This document shows positions 1 to 9,064 of a stretch of 30,996 nucleotides of DNA, piece after piece. The notes under the pieces were generated by a model. It worked only from the letters and a program-made list of their open reading frames with translations, ran no database searches and was not told where the DNA came from. Every line of letters starts with the position of its first letter. Positions within the stretch are counted from its first letter, which is position 1. Origin of the DNA: a bacterium (GTDB lineage Bacteria > Zhuqueibacterota > Zhuqueibacteria > Zhuqueibacterales > Zhuqueibacteraceae); NCBI GenBank assembly GCA_044869275.1, contig JBIOXB010000204.1:1-30996 (forward strand), in the 5' to 3' direction. Both the position numbers and the translations under genes were made by a program.

Positions 1-83
1 TTCTGCGCGGCAAGCGGCAGAGGCAAAACCGCCAGTGCGCACGCACACACGACTGTTCGCAACAATCGTCTCAGTGACGGCAT
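1..83 (-). CDS. 5' end of a secreted protein, truncated by the window edge
   Basis: ATG at 83 preceded by an AAGGAG RBS; reads MPSLRRLLRTVVCACALAVLPLPLAAQ, a typical Sec signal peptide. Too short for the ORF track. Confidence 0.75.
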   Translation of the reverse strand, partial: MPSLRRLLRTVVCACALAVLPLPLAAQ

Positions 84-117
84 AAGACACTCCTTTGGTG
101 ATGGTTTCAACAACCAA

Positions 118-161
118 CTGTGACAATTGTTACAGCTTATAGTTGTTACAGCCTATAGTTG
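118..161. promoter_or_regulatory. Operator-like palindrome plus 16-bp tandem repeat upstream of the truncated gene
   Basis: CTGTGACAATTGTTACAG (118-135) is an 18-bp palindrome with one mismatch; TTGTTACAGC(T/C)TATAG is repeated at 127-142 and 143-158. Confidence 0.45.
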
Positions 162-529
162 CGGAAATCCAAAAGTGTGTCCCCTGAGCCCCTGGCATTT
201 GGAAACGGCTTGCCGGGAGTGCGGCAAGATGGAATCTTGACGACAAAAATTTTCTGGATAGGTGAGCCTGGAAATGCTACTGCTACCTCAGCAACAAACC
301 ATTTGCTCAATCAGTGGAGCAGTTATGGTGGGTCAATATTTTGAGAGTGCATTAATTGCGTATAAGTTTTTGGTGAATTCCTCGTCAATTTTAGCTTATT
401 GCCATTTGATTTCAGCATACAATTTGTCAGTATCACAGGCCAGCTTTTGCCCCACGACCGGGTCGATGGTAACGTTGGGTGTGGACATCAGGCTATCCTC
501 CATGATCAGCGAAACAGACGCGTGAGAAA

Positions 530-1051
530 TTACAATAAACATTCTCGCAACCAAGCCATGGGAACATCTGCTTCAAATCCGCCATCAATACTTTTAATGC
601 GCTTCACCAAGCGCCCTTCTATTTTGAAACCAAGTGATTCATAGAATTTGATCGCCTTGACATTACTTTCTCGCGCAATTAGTTCGATGCGAAGGATTCC
701 TGGTTTTTCATTGATGACAGTATCAAGTAGTTTCTTAAAGAGCATTTTTCCAATTCCTTTTCCCTGATCGTCCGGATCTACTGCTATGGTTAGTTCACCA
801 AAAACGTGCGAAAACACTTTAAGATTGGGACCATAACAATGTATCTCACCGGTAACAATTGATCTTCCCTCGTCTATCGAAATATAGATGACACCGTTTT
901 GAATACTCCTTTGTACAAATGCAGAAACATAATCGGTGGTTATTTCATCTTTTCTTCTTGCAAGTCCACCTTCAACGGAAGATACTTTTTGATAGAGCAA
1001 ATGAATTGCTGCAATATCGCTTAGGTTTGCTTTTCTTATTAGTGGATTCAT
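530..1051 (-). CDS. GNAT family N-acetyltransferase
   Basis: IRKA..D N-terminus, acetyl-CoA motif A VDPDDQGKGIGKML, and N..AIKFYESLGF. Confidence 0.92.
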   Translation of the reverse strand: MNPLIRKANLSDIAAIHLLYQKVSSVEGGLARRKDEITTDYVSAFVQRSIQNGVIYISIDEGRSIVTGEIHCYGPNLKVFSHVFGELTIAVDPDDQGKGIGKMLFKKLLDTVINEKPGILRIELIARESNVKAIKFYESLGFKIEGRLVKRIKSIDGGFEADVPMAWLRECLL

Positions 1052-1053
1052 AT

Positions 1054-1260
1054 TTATCTATAACTCGTGACCCTTTCATCGCCTTTTCGCAGCGGCGAGA
1101 TAGCTCTATCAGCAATGCAATGGGATAGAAAAGGAAACTGCAGTTTCTCTTGGAGATAGTAATACCATCCCATCGCTTGCTCTTCGGGACCATAGCAATC
1201 CACGACTACCTCCCTCATGATACGCTCTTCGCGCTGGTTATCGCGTTTGGGTCTCTTGGC
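1054..1260 (-). pseudogene. Truncated CcbP-like calcium-binding protein
   Basis: Hand translation AKRPKRDNQREERIMREVVVDCYGPEEQAMGWYYYLQEKLQFPFLSHCIADRAISPLRKGDE matches the N-terminal half of the CcbP family as I recall it; it ends abruptly (RVTSYR*) and has no start codon before AKRP. Not in the ORF track. Confidence 0.7.
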
Positions 1261-1320
1261 GACGAATGACGCGGTGCTTCAAAGTGGTTCAAGACGGGCA
1301 CAAAAGTAGGGCGCAGACGC

Positions 1321-2037
1321 TCAGGCAGCGACCCCGCTGACGAGCCCCTTTAGCGTGACCACCGGTGCGGATGCCACCACGCGCTGCGCGTCCACCGCGG
1401 AGTCGAACGACTGATGAGCGATTTCGCGCGCATCAATCTCGATCTCGACCGTGCGCGCACCGAACGGATCAGGAATGATGAACAGCGATGTTTCCTTGAG
1501 ACGCATGGCATAACCGCACCCGTCGGAGTCCACCTCCGTCCAGTTGTTGCAGAAAGCCAGGGACGCGAGATCGCCAGCACGCACGAAAGTGTAGTCATGG
1601 AGAAGCTCGTCGAGCGAAACGGAGCCGGCGGCGAGAAGGTACGCCTCGCGGGCGGTCGTCACACGGGCGAAGAACGCGCTCCACTCCGGGTGCCCGGCGT
1701 AGCGTCGATAGACATGAAGCCGATGCTGTGCCACCAGGGCCGCCGCATACGGGTCGGAGGCGAGAAGTTCGATGCCGCGCAACGACGTCTCACGCTTTAA
1801 CGCATCAGGGAGATCGATGAAATCAAGAAGCCGGCCTGTGGCCTCGTCTACGACGAGCTCCTCATCGATTTCGGCATATCCATTGTCGTGCTGCGCAATG
1901 GCATTGAGGATCGACGCCTTCCGCGCTGACTCCGGAAAGTGCTCGGGCTGCCAGTGCCGCATGATGCGTGCCGCCAGCGCGGCGTGCTGTGGTTGCGAGA
2001 TCAGTTGAAATGACGCGGCGAGAGGTCGAATGATCAT
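1321..2037 (-). CDS. DUF3891 family protein
   Basis: MIIR...LISQPQHAALAARIMRHW and AIAQHDNG motifs, DPYAAALVAQH; ATG at 2037 preferred to TTG at 2043; visibly GC-richer than neighbours. Confidence 0.78.
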   Translation of the reverse strand: MIIRPLAASFQLISQPQHAALAARIMRHWQPEHFPESARKASILNAIAQHDNGYAEIDEELVVDEATGRLLDFIDLPDALKRETSLRGIELLASDPYAAALVAQHRLHVYRRYAGHPEWSAFFARVTTAREAYLLAAGSVSLDELLHDYTFVRAGDLASLAFCNNWTEVDSDGCGYAMRLKETSLFIIPDPFGARTVEIEIDAREIAHQSFDSAVDAQRVVASAPVVTLKGLVSGVAA

Positions 2038-2162
2038 GGACAATACTCAAGAGTGTCGTGTCTGCCGAGACCACGGCCTACATGTTAATAGAATCGAATT
2101 CTGCAAACATTTGTTGACACTCGGCAACTCTGGCCAAAGGAACATAATCGCATGCCTCCCCG

Positions 2163-2210
2163 AACTTAGCCCACAAAGCCTGGACCGCTGGGTTGCTGTG
2201 GGCCCGAGTT
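2163..2210 (-). other. Imperfect stem-loop immediately after the methyltransferase remnant
   Basis: GCCCACA (2169-2175) / TGTGGGC (2197-2203) with outer AACT/AGTT arms; no U-tract. Confidence 0.3.
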
Positions 2211-2668
2211 AAGGCTTTCGCGCCACCGCCACCATGTGTGGACTGTGGGCCGGTTCACGCTCGACCAAGCGCGCGATCTGCATGAGAATCTCGCGCTTGG
2301 GTGCCTCATGCCAGCTCTGCTCAAAGTCCGGCACCAGCCACGCTGGACCTTGGATACCCAACGTGACGGCATGCTGCAGGCCGGCTGCCGTGAGTTCCTG
2401 CGCGAGGCCAGCAGGTTGGTGGAAAAACGCGGTCGTGAACACGTGCGAATGCGGCGGACGCCGGTGTTGCCCAGTCGCGATCTCTTCGCGGACCATCTCG
2501 AGATACTCGTGATCCCAGATCCATCCTTGCACAAGCCCCACAAGGCGGCAAGTATTGCGGTAGGATTTCTTGCATCCGGGCGAATTCCAGCAATCCCAAG
2601 CCCTGGAACAACCGGCCGGCCTCCTTTCCCTCATTGTAGAACGCCGTAATCTCCGGCGGCATCTTCAT
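2209..2668 (-). pseudogene. Class I SAM-dependent methyltransferase with internal deletion and frameshift
   Basis: N-terminus MKMPPEITAFYNEGKEAGRL..GLLEFARMQEILPQYLPP and C-terminus ..TGQHRRP..FTTAFFHQP..EL..AGL..GPAWLVPD..SPHMVAVARKP are in different frames, joined near 2545; the glycine-rich SAM-binding core is absent. Confidence 0.78.
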
Positions 2669-2714
2669 GGCGTTTTCCGTCAGTCTTTATGCAACAGAAT
2701 AGCTGGGGTAATGC

Positions 2715-2754
2715 TTGAGACACTGTGAAGTGCTGAACACTTCGACAAACTCAA
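2715..2754. repeat. Degenerate REP-like unit related to the CTTCGACAAGCTCAG repeats at 23.5/24.5 kb
   Basis: CTTCGACAAACTCA (2740-2753) is 13/14 identical to CTTCGACAAGCTCA and sits in a TTGAG..GAAGTG/CACTTC..CTCAA hairpin. Confidence 0.5.
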
Positions 2755-2809
2755 GGCAGGCATGGAGAATCATCGCACGAATTCTTGTCTCGCGAGTGGC
2801 AGTTGGTTC

Positions 2810-3389
2810 TTATATTGTCTTTTCAATTATTTCTTGTGTGTCTGTGTCGATCATTATTATCCCTTCATTTGTGTCATTCAGCTGCCCAACCAATAAGCCT
2901 TGATTATTCCAAATTGATGATTTACCTGCACATTCCATTCCACCACATGGGCCGATACAGTTTGACATCAATACCGTCATAGAATACTTCTTCGCAATGC
3001 CGGATAGACTTTTGACGGCTTTGTCAACCCCATTCATTGATTTGGCCACGCTTGCTACATAAATTTCTGCTCCACTTTTATAAGCGTTCTCTGAATGCTC
3101 GGGAACGGACAATTCATAACAAATCGCAGGAGCTATGTTAGCTCTATCACCTACTAAACCGGTAAAACTTTGTCCGCCAATGAAAAATTCTTCTTCATCA
3201 GGGTGTAAGCACTTTTTTGAATACGTTTTTCTTGATTTGTGTGGTTGAAAAATAACCATACGACAGTTCAGGGAAGATCACTGTATCTGCTCCTTTGGAA
3301 ACGGCCAGATCTACTAATTCTTTGTGATTGTCGATATTACGCTGAATGTCGCCTTTGCTCGGCCTTGTCTGTGCTGCACAAATTTTCAT
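2810..3389 (-). pseudogene. Carbon-nitrogen hydrolase (nitrilase superfamily) with internal deletion and frameshift
   Basis: MKICAAQT..GDIQRNIDNH..GADTVIFPELS (start 3389) is fused out of frame near 3260 to MVIFQP..YSKKCLHPDE..AICYELSVPEH..SNCIG..AGKSSIWN; the segment normally following FPELS is missing. Confidence 0.82.
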
Positions 3390-3594
3390 TTTCGACTTAA
3401 TTTCGTGTTTGCGTGTGGAGGTTAGCCAGTAAATTGAGCGGAAGAGACTTTGTGCGGATGGAATCATTGGTCCCGTAGTCCCAATACTATCCGAAGATGT
3501 AATGGTGAGCAGAGAGAAGGCAAGTCGAAACGGCCATCTAAATCCCTCAATACCCCTCTCGCAGACCGCCCGAACCACAAGACTGGCGGCGAAT

Positions 3595-3843
3595 TTAATA
3601 ATTTTCAACTCTTTTGCAAGAGAATTTAAGGAAGATTACGGAAAGAAAACGATTTTTCGATTTTCTATTCTCGCTCCTCGATTGCTTATTCATTATCTTA
3701 CTGATTTCATTTCGCATTGCCGACAACGTCGTGGCACCGGCCCACACGTTCAAATCGATACCGTAGACAATCATGCACAACCAAAACGCGAGAATTTGGA
3801 AGATGAGAATGAACAGCGAAGCCAAGGACAGCAGGTGGGGGCC
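3595..3843 (-). pseudogene. Remnant paralogue of the LPG-synthase-TM gene at 7408-8457
   Basis: SLFILIFQILAFWLCM..WAGA matches SLFILVFQILAFWLVM..WAGA and is joined directly to TLSAMRNEISKIMNK, matching TLSFIRNEIGRSMNK at the C-terminus of the intact gene. Confidence 0.82.
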
Positions 3844-3930
3844 TGATCATGAGAATTGCCTTTTCCCTGGCCAAAACCTGTGATAAGTCACATATTTCTC
3901 AAGAGTGCCGCAGAGAGGTTCAAAATTATT

Positions 3931-5220
3931 TTAGACAGCAGTCACACCCATTCTCACATAAATCGGACGAACCACTTCGCGCAAGGCCGGAAGTTTCCGG
4001 GTAAACACCATTGCACCCAACACACACGCAATGCCACCAATCATGATCGTCATAGGCGCGCCGATTTTGCCGGCGAAGGCGCCGGCGAACAGGCTGCCAA
4101 AGGGCGCCATGCCTAAAAGCGCCATGGTATAAAAACTCATCACCCGCCCACGTTTGTCGTCATCTACAACGGTCTGCAAAACTGTGTTGCTGGCAGCTGT
4201 TTGTACCATCATGCCGAAGCCGATCATTGACAGCAGAAACAATGACAGCTCATATCGGCGCGAGAGAGAAAAAGCAATTAGTCCGAGGCCGAACAAGGTG
4301 GCCGAGCGTGACATGATTTTGCCTAACCCACGCACGTTTTTTCGCGCTGCCAGAAAAACCGCACCGACCAACGCGCCCATTCCCGACGCCGCCATCAAAA
4401 AGCCGAGCGCGTGCGCGCCGCCGTGCAAAATGTCCGTGGCGAAAACGGGCATGAGCACGGTGTAGGGCATGCCCATCAAGCTGATCAACGCCAGCAATAA
4501 CAGAACTGCACGAATGGGCGCAAACCCAATGGCGTACCTGATGCCTTCGCGCATTTCCTGCAAAACGCGCAGCTGTGACGTTACTGCCGCTTTTGGCGCG
4601 ACGCGCATGGCCAGCAAGGAGGCAATCACCGCCAGATAACTGATGCCATCGAGAAGAAAGCACAGCCCTTCCCCGACGGCCGCAATCAGAATGCCTGCGG
4701 CGGACGGTCCTAAGAGTCGAGCCGCATTCACCATGGACGAGTTCAAAGCGATGGCGTTCGACAGGTCTTCTCGGTTTTCGACCATTTCCACCACAAACGA
4801 TTGTCGTGCGGGCGTATCGAAGGCATTGATGATACCCTGGACGATGCTCAAGATAACGACGTGCCAGACGGCGATAACTCCCGTCAGCGCGAGCGCCGCC
4901 AGCAGGAATGACTGCAGCATGGCGAGTATTTGTGTAACCACCAAAATGCGATGGCGATTCCAGCGATCCACCACAACTCCGGCGAATGGCGCCAGCAGAA
5001 AAGTCGGGATTTGGCCGGCAAATCCGACCACACCCAACAGCAGCGCGGATTTCGTCAAGCGATAGACCAGCCAGCTGGTGGCGACGCGCGTCAGCCACGT
5101 GCCAATCAGCGAGATGCTCTGACCGCCAAAGAAAAGGCGATAGTTGCGATGCCGCAAGGCGCGAAGAATTCGCCTGGCGCCGTTTTCAGTATCAATTATG
5201 GCTTCATTCATTTTTGTCAC
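3931..5220 (-). CDS. MFS transporter (MFS_3/DUF894-like)
   Basis: RALRHRNYRLFFGGQSISLIGTW, motif A GVVVDRWNRHRIL, AFDTPARQSFV, RGRVMS; about 12 hydrophobic segments. Confidence 0.93.
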   Translation of the reverse strand: MTKMNEAIIDTENGARRILRALRHRNYRLFFGGQSISLIGTWLTRVATSWLVYRLTKSALLLGVVGFAGQIPTFLLAPFAGVVVDRWNRHRILVVTQILAMLQSFLLAALALTGVIAVWHVVILSIVQGIINAFDTPARQSFVVEMVENREDLSNAIALNSSMVNAARLLGPSAAGILIAAVGEGLCFLLDGISYLAVIASLLAMRVAPKAAVTSQLRVLQEMREGIRYAIGFAPIRAVLLLLALISLMGMPYTVLMPVFATDILHGGAHALGFLMAASGMGALVGAVFLAARKNVRGLGKIMSRSATLFGLGLIAFSLSRRYELSLFLLSMIGFGMMVQTAASNTVLQTVVDDDKRGRVMSFYTMALLGMAPFGSLFAGAFAGKIGAPMTIMIGGIACVLGAMVFTRKLPALREVVRPIYVRMGVTAV

Positions 5221-5236
5221 TGCATGGTAGAGTTTC

Positions 5237-6628
5237 TTACCTCACTTCTCCCAAAATCGCCTCCGCAACCGGCGCGTACTTTCCACCGAGACGATGTCCC
5301 CCTTGCAAGGTGATGACGTGCGCGAGTCTCGTTGTCATATCCTTGCAAAGGCTGTCTTGTTCCTGGTCCCCACAAAAGCATAGAATTCTCAACTCCTGTA
5401 ACTTCTCCACTTGGGGCATCACAGGCAATGCATCTTTGTCCGTGCTGCGGTTCAGCCAATCCGTCAAATGAAACTCAAATTCAGCCGAGCGGCTCGGCCC
5501 CAACAGGACGACCAGTTGCACCCGCGACCGGAGATCATGGGATAGTCGATTAATCAAAAATGGAAGCACATCCGCACCGAAAGAGTAGCCAATGAGAATG
5601 ACTCTTTCTTTTCTCCACGCCGTGAGATAATATCGCAAAATCCGCTCGAAATCGTTTCCGGCTGTTTCAGGCGTGTGTTTGGTCCAGAAGTATCGCAGCG
5701 AGTTGAGCCCCACAACTGGAATGCCTTGTGCAGCCAGATTTTCACTCAAGCCGCGATCGGTAACACCCCAACCGCCGTCCCCGGTGAGATGCACCGCCAT
5801 GAGATTGCTGCCGGCCGTCTTTGCGGGAACCTCCACCAGCGGCAAGTCTTTTAACACTTCCACATCCGAAGCCTCGATGTTCTCTTTTCCGTCGATCAAT
5901 CGAGCGAAGGCCTCCTTGAATTGTGGCATCCAGTTGCGCTGCACTGAAAAGCCGTGCCCCACTCGCGGCAAAAGCACCAACTCGCCCTGCAGCACCTGCT
6001 TGACATAAGCCTGCGTCGAGTCGGCATTACAAACTTGGTCAGCCTTTCCTTGAAACGCTATCCAAGGTACTTCGAGATTTGTTGCAGGCAAAAAACTATA
6101 ACCTTTGCCCTTCGGTCCCGCTTTCCACTTCAATCCGTTGCCGCGGCAAATCGGCTTGGTCAATGGCAGGTCCGGACAAAAGCCGAGACTGATCGCTCCC
6201 TTGAAAGTATTGGGTGGAGATTGAACCAATATGGTGTAAACTAAAGTAGCTCCTGAGGAGTACCCAACCAGCACCGGCGTTAGATAATTGGGGAAATCGA
6301 GTTGCTTCTGCACAAATTTACTTAATGCCTCAAAATCCGCTGCTGGATAGGAACATTTTTCATCGGATTTTTCCAAAGCATTTAAATAGTGGTTGATATC
6401 AATGCCAATGACCAAAGCATCAAGCGAGGCCAGTGCCCGCGCCATGTCGATCACTCCAAGATTCCATCCGCCGTCGCCGGAAACAAAGAGAACCACTTGA
6501 GACGGACGAGGTGATTCATAATACAGGCTGACAGTGCCGAAACGTCCATAGCGAAGGGACTCCTCGGTGCGCGCAAAGGTGAGACAGGTGAAGAAAAAAG
6601 TACCAAAAACAGCTTGAGCATACCTCAT
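5237..6628 (-). CDS. acvB: AcvB/VirJ family aminoacyl-phosphatidylglycerol hydrolase
   Basis: Signal peptide; two alpha/beta-hydrolase repeats each with (S/T)GDGGW and GYS(S/F)GA; ISLGFCPDL, NSLRYFW and GGH motifs; linked to mprF as is usual for the family. Confidence 0.88.
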   Translation of the reverse strand: MRYAQAVFGTFFFTCLTFARTEESLRYGRFGTVSLYYESPRPSQVVLFVSGDGGWNLGVIDMARALASLDALVIGIDINHYLNALEKSDEKCSYPAADFEALSKFVQKQLDFPNYLTPVLVGYSSGATLVYTILVQSPPNTFKGAISLGFCPDLPLTKPICRGNGLKWKAGPKGKGYSFLPATNLEVPWIAFQGKADQVCNADSTQAYVKQVLQGELVLLPRVGHGFSVQRNWMPQFKEAFARLIDGKENIEASDVEVLKDLPLVEVPAKTAGSNLMAVHLTGDGGWGVTDRGLSENLAAQGIPVVGLNSLRYFWTKHTPETAGNDFERILRYYLTAWRKERVILIGYSFGADVLPFLINRLSHDLRSRVQLVVLLGPSRSAEFEFHLTDWLNRSTDKDALPVMPQVEKLQELRILCFCGDQEQDSLCKDMTTRLAHVITLQGGHRLGGKYAPVAEAILGEVR

Positions 6629-6656
6629 TTTAAGAAGATTCCTCGATGATTAAGCC

Positions 6657-6679
6657 GTTAAGAGTGAAATCTGTGCTTT
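6657..6679. repeat. Intergenic motif shared with the mgtE upstream region
   Basis: GTTAnnnGTGAAATCTGTGCTTT occurs at 6657-6679 and 15294-15316. Confidence 0.55.
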
Positions 6680-6729
6680 TGCTTCAGGTCGCGGGCGCCA
6701 AGCCCTTTCCGGGTCTATCCAACTTGAGC

Positions 6730-7248
6730 TCATGACTTATCAAGAAAGCGCACATGGTGATGTGGACGTGAGGTCGTGGGCATCTCGTCGTTCTTGAGCA
6801 CGCTGATGGCGCCGTCGACTTCGAGCACGGCGAGCGCGACCTCGTTGATATTGGCGATGCCGTGCTCGCGCAAGGCCTGATGCAAGTCGTCGCTCGTGAG
6901 ATTTTCTTCGGTCAGGTTCTGCCCCAAGATTTTTCCATGGCGAATGAGTATTGTCGGTGTGCCTTCGACCCAGCGGCGGATTTTCCGGTGTCGCCCCGCC
7001 ACGCGCGTCAACACTACATTCATGACCAGAAGAGTGGCAGCGGCGATCAATCCGCCGGCCAGCGAAGTGTCGGGGCCCGTCATTGCATTTTGCACTGCGT
7101 TTGCAAGCAGGATCAGTAACGCGAGATCCAGCGGCATCATCTGCCCGACTTCGCGCTTCCCAGTGAGGCGCAAGCCGGCCAAGATGACGAGGTAAACCAC
7201 TGCGGTACGCAGCACAATTTCCACGAGCGGATGATGGATGATTTCCAT
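6730..7248 (-). CDS. DUF421 (YetF-like) membrane protein
   Basis: LRLTGKREVGQM..D, EGTPTILIRHG, LREHGI, AVLEVDGAISV. Confidence 0.9.
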   Translation of the reverse strand: MEIIHHPLVEIVLRTAVVYLVILAGLRLTGKREVGQMMPLDLALLILLANAVQNAMTGPDTSLAGGLIAAATLLVMNVVLTRVAGRHRKIRRWVEGTPTILIRHGKILGQNLTEENLTSDDLHQALREHGIANINEVALAVLEVDGAISVLKNDEMPTTSRPHHHVRFLDKS

Positions 7249-7313
7249 GAGCTTGGTTCAGTACTTGCATGGTTCGCGAACGGACCCCTCGCATTCACAA
7301 TGGCACTGGAGGG

Positions 7314-7342
7314 AAATTAACTTAGGTTTTTGTAAATTGCAA
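7314..7342 (-). promoter_or_regulatory. Putative sigma70 promoter for DUF421-acvB-MFS
   Basis: Minus strand TTGCAA-N17-TAATTT, directly after a terminator-like hairpin. Confidence 0.45.
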
Positions 7343-7385
7343 AACCCAGCCGGTGGAATTCTCATAAGATTCTCCGTGCGGCTGG
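7341..7385 (-). terminator. Possible intrinsic terminator after the LPG-synthase-TM gene
   Basis: CCAGCCG (7346-7352) / CGGCTGG (7379-7385) stem with a partly paired interior, followed by GTTTT on the minus strand. Confidence 0.4.
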
Positions 7386-7407
7386 TGAATTTAGATGGAA
7401 TGCCAAT

Positions 7408-8457
7408 TCACCAAGCGATCTTCTCCGTCTTATTCATGCTTCTGCCGATTTCATTGCGAATAAATGACAAGGTCATGCCGCCTCGGCTTAGGGCCAGCAA
7501 GCCGAGTACCCACAACGGAATCGTCAAAACGGTGAACACCACCACGGAGAAGCCGGTGGCCATCGTCTTGTCAATTCCAAAGAGGCGGAGACCGACCACG
7601 GTGAAAAATTGGTAGGTGCCGACGTTGGAGGGTGCATTGGGAATGGCAGTGCCGATGTGGACGATCAGCAGAACCACGGCGCCGGCCCACAGCGACGACT
7701 GCAATCCGCAGGCGCGCATCACCAGCCAAAAAGCCAAAATTTGAAAAACCAAAATGAAGAGTGAAACGCCGAAAGAGACATGAGAAGTGCCGGCGGTGCC
7801 GATCTGCTGCAGCTCGCCGCGCAGGCGTCCGAACAGCCTCTGAATGGCGCGCAGCGGTTTCCAGCCGGAGGTACTCGCGCCCTGGGTCTGGGGCTTGCCG
7901 AAAAGGAGATAGGCAAACAGGCACACGACGACAATCATAGTGGCGCCTAGAATCCCCTCGGCCTTCAGCACGATTGGGGGCAGCGGCACATAGAAAGCGG
8001 CGAGAGCAATGGCGAACGCCAGCCACACGCCGTCGAACATACGTTCGACGGCCATCGAGGGAATGACGGAGACCAATCCCGTCGCCAGCCAACGCGAAAC
8101 CAAATAAGCGCGGACCAGCTCGCCTGGGCGTAACGGCACAATTTCGTTGGCGAATAGACCGGCATAAATCGCTTGCGTCGTTTGGAGGGATGAGATCTTG
8201 CCGAGGGGGCGCAACAAGAGCTTCCAGCGTGCGCCTTGACAATAATAGCTGGCGATATCGAAAAAGATGGCCAGCGCGATCAGCCACCAGTTGAGATGGG
8301 TGAAACTTTCTTGCAAGCGGCCCATGTGAATGTCATGAAAAACCCAGGCCAGGCATCCTAACGCGACGAGATAGCCTAATGCGGGTTTGACCCATGGTGA
8401 AACCGGTCTGGGCGTGGCGGCCATGACGAGGTTTAATTTGAGGGTTTGTTGATCCAT
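7408..8457 (-). CDS. Lysylphosphatidylglycerol synthase TM-domain (UPF0104, flippase-like) protein
   Basis: RWKLLL, GLFANEIVPLRPGELVRAY, ERMFD, IPNAPSNVGTYQ; about 8 TM segments. Confidence 0.88.
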   Translation of the reverse strand: MDQQTLKLNLVMAATPRPVSPWVKPALGYLVALGCLAWVFHDIHMGRLQESFTHLNWWLIALAIFFDIASYYCQGARWKLLLRPLGKISSLQTTQAIYAGLFANEIVPLRPGELVRAYLVSRWLATGLVSVIPSMAVERMFDGVWLAFAIALAAFYVPLPPIVLKAEGILGATMIVVVCLFAYLLFGKPQTQGASTSGWKPLRAIQRLFGRLRGELQQIGTAGTSHVSFGVSLFILVFQILAFWLVMRACGLQSSLWAGAVVLLIVHIGTAIPNAPSNVGTYQFFTVVGLRLFGIDKTMATGFSVVVFTVLTIPLWVLGLLALSRGGMTLSFIRNEIGRSMNKTEKIAW

Positions 8458-8502
8458 TCCAATCCCTCCCGAAGAACTCGGAAGAATTCTGGATGATTGC
8501 CG

Positions 8503-8914
8503 TCAAAGCGATGATTTTGCGCGCGCCATCGTCGTGTTGAGACGTCGAAACCCTCTGGCCTTCAAATCGAGAATGATTTTCACAAACACATATTCCATGA
8601 TGCCAACCGGCGCCTCGGTGCGCCAGCGCATAATTCGCGCCGACGCGATACGCTATGAACGATCGGCGCGAAGTCGAGAAAAAGTACGATTTGTCCGGCC
8701 ACAACTTGAAAAAATCCATCGCGTGGCGGCTATGCCTGTTCACAATGTCGGTTGCCAGCGCACGCTCTTGCGGTACGATGCGGAATTCATAAATCACCGG
8801 ACGAAACAACGCGAACAGTGCATAACCGATGCCGGCGAGTGTGACCATCGATACCAGCCAAACCCAGAAATTTTTCACTTTTGCGGCACGCGCCTGCGCC
8901 AGATTGGGTGGCAT
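8503..8914 (-). pseudogene. Multiply deleted paralogue of the adjacent mprF-like gene
   Basis: Three collinear blocks match the 9065-10705 protein: FWVWLVSMVTL ~ FLLWLATLVTL; YALFALFRPVIY..DFFKLWPDKSYFF..AYRVGAN; and, in another frame, TEAPVGIMEYVFVK..GFRRLN ~ MEAPNGIMDYLLIK..GFARFN. Confidence 0.85.
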
Positions 8915-9064
8915 TTCCGCTTCTTCCTCGTTAAAGAATGGCCAAACAAACTGGAAAGCGGGGTTTGCCAGCAGAGCGAAGAGAAAGCTGTTGTCGTTCA
9001 TGACGTTCACCTCAAAACAGTAAGGCGTGCTGCCGACATCCGCATTTCGACATCGACTTCGCCT

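Noticed and set aside
159..525. Short ORFs between the first gene and the GNAT gene
   Set aside because: No recognisable motifs; minus-strand frames are interrupted by stops. Possibly decayed coding DNA, but unassignable.
2209..3389. Programmed frameshifting to explain the split methyltransferase and nitrilase
   Set aside because: Large conserved segments are physically absent at the junctions and no slippery sequence is present, so frameshifting would not restore full proteins.
530..3600. Integron cassette array (small co-oriented accessory genes; also considered for 23.8-28 kb)
   Set aside because: No integrase and no recurring RYYYAAC...GTTRRRY attC structure between genes; isolated GTTAGGT/GTCTAAC words lack partners.
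3390..3608. N-terminal extension of ORF 3198-3608
   Set aside because: Nitrilase similarity starts at MKICAAQ (3389); upstream sequence has no identifiable homology.
5237..6628. Type IV secretion system implied by the VirJ name
   Set aside because: No virB/virD4 genes; linkage to mprF indicates the lipid hydrolase role.
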